Shown: in pieces, positions 20,401 to 28,200 of the stretch | Layout: the number at the start of each line of letters is the position of its first letter | How positions within the stretch are numbered: the first letter of the stretch is position 1 | Source: Chrysochromulina tobinii | Taxonomy: Eukaryota | Assembly: GCA_001275005.1 (NCBI GenBank) | Contig: JWZX01003407.1 | Location: 62,001-98,044, forward strand | Length of the DNA: 36,044 nucleotides | Direction: 5' to 3' | The notes under the pieces: model-generated | Told to the model about the DNA's origin: nothing | What the model saw: only the letters and a program-made list of their open reading frames with translations | The model's database searches: none | Made by a program: the position numbers and the translations under genes

Positions 20401-23400
20401 CCTGCATGTGAATCGTCTCACGCTCCGATAGAGCAGCCGCCGTGGTGGGTGGTGGCGGCTGGACCTTGACAAGCGCTGCTGCGTGACGGGCAATCATCGG
20501 CAACGCCGCAAGAGCGTAGAATACGACCGCACGGCTTCGCCGATCCCCCGCCTCCTGCGAGGCGAGCGCCCTTTGCATGCCCATGAGCGCGTGCCAATCG
20601 GGCTCTTGCTCCGCCTTGAGCGACTCGGAGTCGCCATCCGCAGTGCGCGTGAGGAGAGCTGGCAGGTAGGGCGTTGCGAGCAGCTGAAGCTCGCCCGCCT
20701 CCGCCAATGTCGAGAAGACCTCCCGAGAGAGGGACGCGCGCGCCGCATCGAGTAGCAGTGCGCGCGTATGCCGTGGCGCCGACGGTACCTGTTTGACCGA
20801 GCTCACGATCACCCAAAAAGGCCAGGGCTGCGCTGGTTCACGGTCCTCGTGAGCCTCGAGCTCCAGCAGCAGCTTGCCGTTCGATTCGAAAGTGAAGCTC
20901 AGGCCGTTGGCCGCCTCGGGGTGCATGCGCCACTTGGAGGGGGGTGGCTTTGAGCGGCGTGGGTCAGGCTGCGGTGGATAGCCAGCCACAACGTACTGCA
21001 GCCAATCATCCAACCTTTTGGTCGCGTGCGCCTTGGTGGGGCGCGGCCCGTTGAACTCATCGAGCTTGAAGCGCACACTGTCCCTTGAGAGCTGCTGCAT
21101 GCCAGGCATGCAGCCAGCGCTGCAGAGGAGGACGCGATCACCCATCGTGATCGGAATGGAAGCCTTCGACTCGAGCAGCAGGCAGCGCGCATCCGTCAAG
21201 GGAGGCACTCCCGAGAGGCCATAATCGACCTCGAGAAGCATGCGCACGTCTACAAGGCCGTGGTCGCACTCGGGGGGTGGCTGGACGCCGTCGCGAATGG
21301 CGGCTTGCAACCCACCAGAGAGGAAACCGCCGTGCAGCGTCGCGATTGCGGACTTGATCCGCACCGTCCACTCACGCTGCAACCGGCTACCCTCGACAAA
21401 ACTCGCGTCCAGCGCACTCTCCACGTCAAGACCATACTCGCGTTTGATGGCCTCCAAGCTCAAGGCAGCACCCTCTGGCCACAACTCCTCGGTGAGCACC
21501 GCCGCGAGCTTCAAGCCCAGCGACGGTTCAAACGGTGCAGCTAGGCAGTGCAGCCGCTCTTGCAGGCGCGCTCGTGGGTGTGGCCCGTTGGGCGTCGTCT
21601 CGAGCTCTCGGTTCGGCAACGTCATCGCGCTGGCAGGCACGCTGCTCAATGTGATCAATAGCTTTTTGAGCGCCTCGAGCCGCGAGGCCACGCGAGCGGC
21701 ATCGCTGCCAGCCGTAGGAGCCTGGGCAAGCTTCTGCATGACGGGCAGCAGCAGCAGAGTCACGAAGGGTTGGCTAAGCACCACGCTCGCCTGCTCGCTT
21801 CCAGCACTGGCTCCAAGTAGAAGCGAGTGGCCAAGCTCGAGGACACGATCAACGTAGGTTGCCTTTGGCGGCTCCCCAAGCGGGACGGCGCTCAAGAGCA
21901 GGCAAAACGCGAAGCGCTCAATCGACGAGCGTGCTGTGGACGCGAGGAGCTCATCAGCTTGTACTGAGCTGTCGAGGAGGAGTACCGAGGTATTCACGTC
22001 GGCAGGGGGCAGTGCACTGCGTAAGAGGCCATCCAAGCCATCCTCGGACAAAGCCGCGACAAAGCCGGTGTCCGAAGCTAGCTTGAGTAGCACCTTGGCC
22101 GCATCTGCACCCGATGGAAGCAAGCCGTGGGGGCTCGCCCGTATCACGCTGGTGAGCAGCTCGAAGCGCAGGCGTGCTGTCGAGTACAGCAGTGGCCAGC
22201 TGTGTAGCAGTGCATCTACAGCCACCTTGCCAACATCTGCACGTGGCGACGAAAGCCACGGCTGCACCACGGCTCGAATGTCCGAAGGAAGCGTTCTGCT
22301 CAGCTGCTGTTTTTCGAGCCACTCTGCCACTCGGGCGTCGTCGAACGTGGTGCCGAGAGACCGGCACGCCCCGTTGCATATCGAGACCGTGGCAGCATCG
22401 AGCACGGAGAGTGCGTGCATGGCCATGTGCGTGCGCGCGAGCCACGTATCTGTCTTCTCATCGTCCCATGCCATACTGTCTGCGTCTTGGAGCGCTACAC
22501 AGCCGAGCAACTTGCAGCAGAGTTCGATCACCTGGGGGGTCGGAGCGATGCCGAGTGGTAGAGTGGCGCACCGTGCCCGTACGCTGCCTGGAAGTGCCGC
22601 CCACTCGGCCGCGCGCGTTGCCGCGCACTTGAGGAGGAGAGCGATGCCGTTGGCGATGCCAAGGGGCTCTCGCCAAGGCCTTGGGCAGGGGCTTCGCAAC
22701 TCACGCTTGATCACGAGGGTCGCATCGGCGACATCGACGTTGACGATGAAGAACAAGTAGAGCGGCTTCGGCAGCAGCATAGGCGATGCAAAGAGCTCCT
22801 GCGAGCACGCCTCCGCTGCGCTGCTGCCCGCAGACAAGTGCAGCATCGCGCGATCCATGTCCACAACGACCTTGATCCTTGTGGGCAGCTTGCCATTCTC
22901 GCGCAGCAGCCGGCCGTCGACCTGCGAGGGGCTGCATGTGTCGTGACGGCTGAGAAAGATGTGCCCATTCTTCTCCTCGGCGAAGCCGGTGCAACAGAAG
23001 AGCGAGCTCTTGTGGAAGACTTCCGCGTGGCGATCACCACCGCTGTACTTTTCATCGCGTGGGAAGAATCTGGTGAATTGGTCGCTCTGGAAGAGCTTGT
23101 ACCGATCGGGGTCGGACAGAAGCGAAGCGAGCGCGACGGGAGAGGCAACGCCAAATCCCTGTAAGAAGCTGCCCTTGGCGGCGAGCTTCTCGCTGGAAAG
23201 CTCAAACTCGTACACGCCGCCAACGAGCGCGTCAGGCACGACGACTGTCGAGCAGTTGATTTGCTGATGCGACTCGTCGGCTGCGGCACTACGTTTAGCG
23301 TAGCCTCCTGGCGGGGGCAGGCAGGTCAGCGTGACTTGCGCCATGGAGGCCGTAGCGGCGGCGCGCACCACCTGCACGTACGGGTTGCGCACACACAAGG

Positions 23401-24961
23401 GCAACTCCGGCGCCTCCGGCCTGCCGGCAACGAGCGCGAACGGCGGGGTTGCTGCCAGGTGGCAGAGCACAAAGCTCAAGTCGCTACCGAGCATCACGCC
23501 GCCTCCCAGATCCTCTGCGCTTGTGCAGCTCGCCCAGCTGCATGCCGCAAGGAGCGCCGCCTCGGTAGAGCCAGTGCGAACTGCGATCCACAGCAGGCAA
23601 TTCAACGCCGCAAGGCGGACGGGCAGCGGCGCAGTGGCCTCCGCGTCGTCCTCGATGCGCGCGAGTGCGCCCAGGACTCGTAGATTAGAGGAGCTCGCGA
23701 TGCTGCCGGCCGAAGTCATCGACTTCTGGCGCGCGGCAAGCAGGCTGCCTATGTTTGCGGCAACCCGCACAGGATCGACCGCGCAATGGGTGGACAAGAG
23801 CTCGCTTGGGCAGAGATCGAATGGGGTTACGGTGCCCGAGCCCTGGGTTGCAGACCCACTGCTGAGCGCGCGGGCGACGGCCTCGAGGAGCGGTCCAATA
23901 GTAGCAGGGCCCACATTGGTGGAGAGGACCGCATCGAGCAAGCCTGCTGCGAGGTCGGCGGTTGGTGATGGTGGCGGAGCGGGCAAGGCATTGCCGTCCT
24001 CAATGCCACCGCCTGATGGGGTAGCCGCTGTGGTGGCGGCAGTGGCGGCAGCAGCGGCAGCAGCAGCCCAAGGTGGCGGTAAAGGACGCCACGGCAGTTT
24101 GTCAGTGTCCGCTTTGGGTGGCTCGTGCAGCTCCTCCTTCTGGCACGCCTCGAGGAGCTGCCGATGGCAATCCATGGCCTTGTGCAAGTGGCGGATGCGC
24201 CGCTCGGTCAGCACGTCGGCCGTTGACCACACCTCGTCTGCCGAGGTTGCATGCGCAAGCACCGCATCCTGGGTGAGGGCCGCCGTTCGGAGCTCGGCCG
24301 GCAACGTGAGCGCATCTGCACGCGGGTCGAGCAAGCTCAGGCAGCACGCCCACTGCTCCGACGTGAGGTCGGCGGGCAGACCGGTGGCGCCACGAGGGCC
24401 ACGGGCGCTCGCCGAGGAGCCGCGCGGAGGCGTCGCCTCTTTGGCGCGCGGATCATCGTTCGGGACGCCGGCCGGTGCGTCGTTGAGCAGGTCGAAGGTA
24501 GCCTCGTGGACAGAGCGTGCGAGGGCGACGAGACGCGTGTCACCTTCTAGGGCCGTTGCGTCCTCCTCGTCTATCTCACCATTGGCAGCGGCAGGCGGGC
24601 CGTCCTGCCCAGTTCTGTTCTGCCTGAACTCCTCGTCCTCGTCCTCCTCCTCATCATCATCGCGCGAAGAAAGAAGGATATCCTCGCCCTCCTCGCCCTC
24701 CTCGCCCTCCTCGCCCTCCTCGCCCTCCTCGCCCTCCTCGCCCTCCTCGCCCTCCTCGCCCTCCTCGTCAAACTCGTCCGACCCCTCGTCCGACCCCTCC
24801 TCGTCATCATTATCATCATCGCCGTCCTCTTCGCTTTCTTCCTCGCCGTCCTCTTCTTCCTCCTCGTCCTCGACCTCATCGTCGAGGTCCTCGTCGTCTT
24901 CGTTTACACCCGTAAAGTCGGCGTGCTCCTCGTGATCAGAATGTCTAGCTCCGTCGCTCAT
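5453..24961 (-). CDS. Giant (~6,500 aa) multidomain HECT E3 ubiquitin ligase, joined from ORFs 14141..25213, 9615..14225 and 5453..9808
   Basis: Three consecutive long same-strand ORFs overlap end to end, with frame switches at ~14255 and ~9720 and no intergenic sequence. The likely start is ATG 24961 (MSDGARHSDHEE). The C-terminal HECT domain is clear: FSVRFEGELGQDEGGPFRE, FELMGAFMGVAIR, LFCRFARGSSRMP, LPVAHTCFFLIDLPPYTSKEMCREKF. Upstream lie SPRY-like, LamG-like, DOC-like, RanBP2/NZF, PDZ and Cys-rich Zn-finger segments. Confidence 0.8.
5460..6510 (-). other. HECT catalytic domain (HERC/HECTD3-like C-terminus)
   Basis: GE-x-G-x-D-x-GGPFRE start motif. Catalytic Cys in AHTCFF (codon 5552-5554) followed by LDLP-like IDLPPY. 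Confidence 0.95.
7300..7813 (-). other. Two ZZ/C1-like Cys-rich zinc-finger segments in the HECT ligase
   Basis: CNHGH...RCDGC...FFHCPPCRYDLCPAC and CLRC...CGLC...CPRCTFDVCQSC. The CxxCx(Y/F)D(L/V)CxxC signature is typical of ZZ-type fingers. Confidence 0.75.
8327..8364 (+). repeat. 9-bp tandem repeat (GGCGTCGGC)n encoding (ADA)n in the HECT ligase
   Basis: About four tandem units. Translation on the minus strand is NAADAADAADAADAV. Confidence 0.85.
9790..9920 (-). other. C1/DC1-like zinc finger in the HECT ligase
   Basis: HAHPL...HTCD...C...YRCYKCDYDVCTAC matches the HxHPL...CD...YxCxxCD(Y/F)D pattern of divergent C1 domains. Confidence 0.7.
10232..10480 (-). other. PDZ domain in the HECT ligase
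   Basis: FEVIIQREGTQRIGVQF...VTGITRGSPVSRATPPIRVNDEVLDVNN...FTLQMRR: a GLGF-like loop (IGVQF), GSPA-like and GDxILxVNG-like motifs. Confidence 0.75.
11340..11500 (-). other. ZZ-like zinc finger in the HECT ligase
   Basis: CDNNH...FRCDGCG...HFHCAACNINICKSC. Confidence 0.7.
12950..13480 (-). other. SPRY/B30.2-like domain (third copy)
   Basis: PLDSGVWQIDF...YVGVV...FGWRADG...WRPGKTVRLTIDTKRLTV...LHFAVS resembles the SPRY pattern SGxxxWEV...IGV...GDxIGVxLD...LYPAVS. Confidence 0.65.
17036..17113 (-). other. RanBP2-type / NZF zinc finger (ubiquitin-binding subtype)
   Basis: WSCAACTFLNSSLLSRCEMC matches W-x-C-x2-C-T-F-x-N-x6-C-x-M-C, including the TF/M residues that NZF fingers use to bind ubiquitin. 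Confidence 0.9.
17250..17650 (-). other. SPRY/B30.2-like domain (second copy)
   Basis: DTGVHEWRVRF...AFIGVA...EVGVRLDLSEGSLAF...VAFRNLP...FRLVV. Confidence 0.8.
18677..19690 (-). other. DOC/APC10-like (galactose-binding-like) domain with a large insertion
   Basis: LF...LWRS...PHWLEF...SHAARRIRCLV...WVTLLD...LRVEILEN...ETQICGFQV parallels the DOC pattern YWxS...PHWIxL...SYxPxxIxV...WVxL...IxIxEN...DTxIRGxxV. Roughly 170 aa, partly Arg/Asp-rich, are inserted before the last strand. Confidence 0.55.
19860..20360 (-). other. LamG/concanavalin-like beta-sandwich domain
   Basis: FVLTARIRT...GTIL...LSVHEGRLSF...INDGVEHVVGV...LLVDG...IGG...FSGRIFELSFNG is the laminin G-like signature (NDGxWHxV, LxVDG, FxGxIxxVxxNG). 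Confidence 0.7.
22740..23260 (-). other. SPRY/B30.2-like domain (first copy, divergent)
   Basis: GGVYEFEL...GFGVA...IKVVVDMDRAMLHL...PLYLFF. Confidence 0.5.
24681..24766 (+). repeat. 9-bp tandem repeat (TCCTCGCCC)n encoding (GEE)n in the acidic N-terminus of the HECT ligase
   Basis: About nine perfect units inside a ~270-bp Asp/Glu-coding low-complexity tract (~24630-24900). Confidence 0.9.
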
Positions 24962-25211
24962 CCTTGCTCGGCAGAGAAGCCACGCAAGCGGGACGCGCGG
25001 ACCTTCGTGTTTCGTGAAGTTAACGGCGTTGTCACGAGCACTTTTCTGAGGATCTGTAAATGCCACAAATGATTCTTTCGGTTCGGTCGGGCAGGCATCA
25101 TTGTGACGGTCGCCTGCCTGCAGATTCTTTTTTCGAACGCGACGCCCCTCACTCCCAACGAACAGAGAATGCGAACGGACAAGCGCGAACGCGAAGTGGC
25201 CACTCGCGCTC
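24962..25211. promoter_or_regulatory. Probable 250-bp bidirectional promoter shared by the HECT ligase and the Kelch gene
   Basis: AT-richer spacer between divergent ATGs at 24961 (-) and 25212 (+). It contains the near-palindrome CGCGAAGTGGCCACTCGCG at 25190-25208. Confidence 0.5.
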
Positions 25212-28200
25212 ATGGAGCATGAGATCTACGAACTCATCGGAGGCACCACGATCACGGATGCTCCAGGCGCAGCCCAGACAAGTCAGCAGCAGGAGATTGC
25301 ACGTGCTGCGCTGCTCAGCGCCGAGCGTGAACGCAAGAAGCGCCCGGGAAGCGCTCGAGAAGGGCAGTCAGAAGAGAAGTTCAGTGCACTCGCCAGGGCC
25401 AACATTTTGTTGCCCAATCTACCACCTGCACGTGCAGGCCACTCGACGGTTGCGGTCAAATGGGGCCAAAACCAGGAGTTCGCGCTCGTTGTCTTTGGTG
25501 GTTACGACGGCGCCGAGGTGCGCAACGACCTGCACGTATTCACAAACGGGAGGTGGGTAGCCCGAGGCATGCTCGGCAACGTGCCCCCTCCCCGGGCCAT
25601 GCATGCGGCATGCATGCTCGGAGATCATATGATCGTGTTCGGCGGCTGGGGCGGCCACCAGACGCTGCGCAGTGACACGTGCATGCTCAACGTGCCTGCG
25701 CTCTGCTGGCTCTCGCCGCCGCCCCTGGCGCTCGTGCGTGGCCCAAGTGATCGCCAAGGGCACTCGCTTGTGGCGGCCGGCGACGAGGTGCGGGCGCCGG
25801 CCAGCTCTCAACTCTTGCTCTTCGGCGGAGAGACTTTCACGATACCGTCCAATGAGCTCTGGGCATTCAAGAACCTGGCGCGGGGGCCAGCTCGCGAGGA
25901 CGACAGGCTCCATTGGATGCAGCTGAAGCCTTCGGGCACTTGGCCGAAGGCGCGCTCAGGCCATTCAGCATGCATGCTCTCTCCGAATGAGATGGTCGTC
26001 TTCGGGGGACGCGGCGCAGGCAAAGATTGCCTCAACGACCTGCACGTGTTGTCGGTGAGCTCGCTGCGGTGGAGCACGCCGCGGCTGCACGGCGACGTGC
26101 CGCGTCCGCGCTGGGCGGCCGCGTGCTGCCTGCTTCCCTCGAGGCTGCCAAGCTCTGCGGGGTGGACGCTGCGATGGCTGCTGGACGGTGGCCGCGATTT
26201 TGATGGCTGGGTGGACGAGCAAGTGGTGGCCAACGTAGCCATCAGCGCCGCCGGAGAGGTCACGCTCAATTGTCACGCCCTCGGCCCGTCCTTGGGGCAC
26301 CCGTCGTTAGAGCTGGCAGGCGATGCCGTGCGCGACACCGTTGTCTCGGGTCACACCCTGACGGCACTCCCTCAAGCGAGCGGCGGCGGCGCGCTTCTGG
26401 TGGGTGGCAGCCTGGCCACCGGGGAGCTTCCCGCGCTCGCGCGACACTGGCAGCCCTCGCTCGTCCGGTGGATCCGCGCCGAGGTGGCGCCGCAACCGGA
26501 GTCCGGTGGGCCGCCGCCGAAACCGCGCCTCCCAGGCCAGCCTGTGAATCTCCCGCCGCAGCTGACGGGGCCGCCGCTGCTTGCGAGCTCGTTCACTGCG
26601 ACGCGCTGCGGCCAGTACGTCTACGTGCTTGGCGGGCACCGCCCGATGCGGGGACAGCTTGGGCTCAACGGTGGTGGCCTGTGCCTCGCGATACTGCACC
26701 TGCCCTCGCTCTCCTGGTGCCCGAGCTCCGAGCGCATCGACGCGTTAGCACCGAAACTCAAGACCGGCCACTCAGCGGCCCTGCTGCCGAGCGCGGGCGG
26801 CATCTGCATCTTCGGCGGAGAGCGCTCGAGCCTCCTTCCCGGCGTACGAGGCTGCCGTGCGAGCCTGAGCGACGAGTGCTGGGTGCTCCAGCTTCGCATC
26901 CAGCCTGGAGAGTACGCACCTCGAGCGCCAGGCGCCGCCTCCAAGTTTGGTGCGCCAGGCGGCGCTGCCGCTGCGGCGAGGGCTCCCGTCACGCCCGTGG
27001 CGGCCGTGGCGCCCCGCACGCCCGACCTGATCTGGGCCGACACAATGACAGTCGCAAGCGCGCTCCTGCCAAGCGCCCCGAGGCCACCGAGGCCACCGGA
27101 GCCCATGGCTCCGCCCTTCGCCCCGCCCCGTCGCCCAGTGCCGGAGAAGAAGGAGTGGGATGGTCAGCCTGTTGCCTGGGCAAAGGAGGGAGGGCCCTAC
27201 CACGCGGCCCAGCCCGGCTGGCCAGTCGCGCGCGCAGGGCACACAGCCACAGTGCTGCCCTCGCCGTACGCTTGGGGCGAAGGCCCTCTGGCACAGCAGG
27301 AGGCTATGCTCGTGATCGGCGGCTTCGCTGTGGACTCATTTGCCCCCGAGCAGCCCGAGGGTCTTCTCACCGCCTCAACGTTCTTGATGCGCCCACATGA
27401 TGCGCGCTGGCTTGAGCTGCTCCCGGCCGGCACTCCCCCGACCGCTCGGGCGTTGCACTCCGCCGTGCTACTCGCGGACGTCACCGGCGGTGCGGCCGCT
27501 GACGCGGCGAGCAGTCCGAACATGCGCGTGGCCATCTTTGGCGGCTTTGGGCTTGAGGGCGAGGGGCGAGGGGAGCAAGTCGCGCCGTGGCGGCAACTCC
27601 GATCCGCGAAATACCTCGACGATCTGCACGTGCTCACGCTCTCGCCGTCGCCCGATGGCCGATTGTGCCACTGGGTAGCTCTGAAGCCACCAGGCCCACG
27701 CCCAATGCCACGCGCGGGCTCCACCCTGCTCGCCTCGCGCGACGGGGGCGTACTGCTCTTCGGTGGGCATACGGCGAACGGCTGCGTGAGCGAGCCGTAC
27801 CTGGACGTCATCGGGCTCTCGGGCTGCGGCCTGCGAGCTGCAGAGGCAGCGGCGAAACAGGAAGCTCGCTCGGTCGCCGATCCGCACAGCCGCGTGCCCA
27901 GCATCGGTCCGATCAACGGCAAGGTCGAGAGTCGAACTTGGACACCACGGGCCCCCCCGAGCTCGCCCACCTTCGACGCCCCAATAGCCACCGTAGTGTC
28001 GACAGTAGTGCACAAGGGAGGGCCGTGGAGCCGCCGAAACGCCGCAGCTGCTGGCGCGCCCATCCTCTCCGCGGTGGGCAGGCCAGAGGTGAGCGCTGTC
28101 CTGGGCGTGGGCAGCCTGAGCGAGGAGGAGGAGACCTCGGTGAGGAAAGGAGCGCCATCGGCAGAGGTCACCTCCTCGGCGCGCTTTCTCGAGGAGGAGG

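Noticed and set aside
24681..24766. Tandem repeats as a possible CRISPR array or satellite
   Set aside because: 9-bp units without spacers that lie in frame within a coding acidic tract.
6362..24935. Long plus-strand ORFs antisense to the HECT gene (e.g. 6362..8062, 17915..19912, 23331..24935)
   Set aside because: Shadow ORFs expected in GC-rich coding DNA. They are Arg/Ala/Ser-rich with no recognisable motifs.
24962..25213. 84-aa N-terminal extension of the HECT ORF from ATG 25213
   Set aside because: It would leave no promoter space and overlap the Kelch start, and its composition looks non-coding. ATG 24961 is preferred.
25788..25804. GTGCGG...CCAG 17-nt intron-like segment in the Kelch gene
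   Set aside because: The frame is already continuous there and excision would break it. This shows that short intron-like strings arise by chance, a caveat for the tiny-intron candidates.
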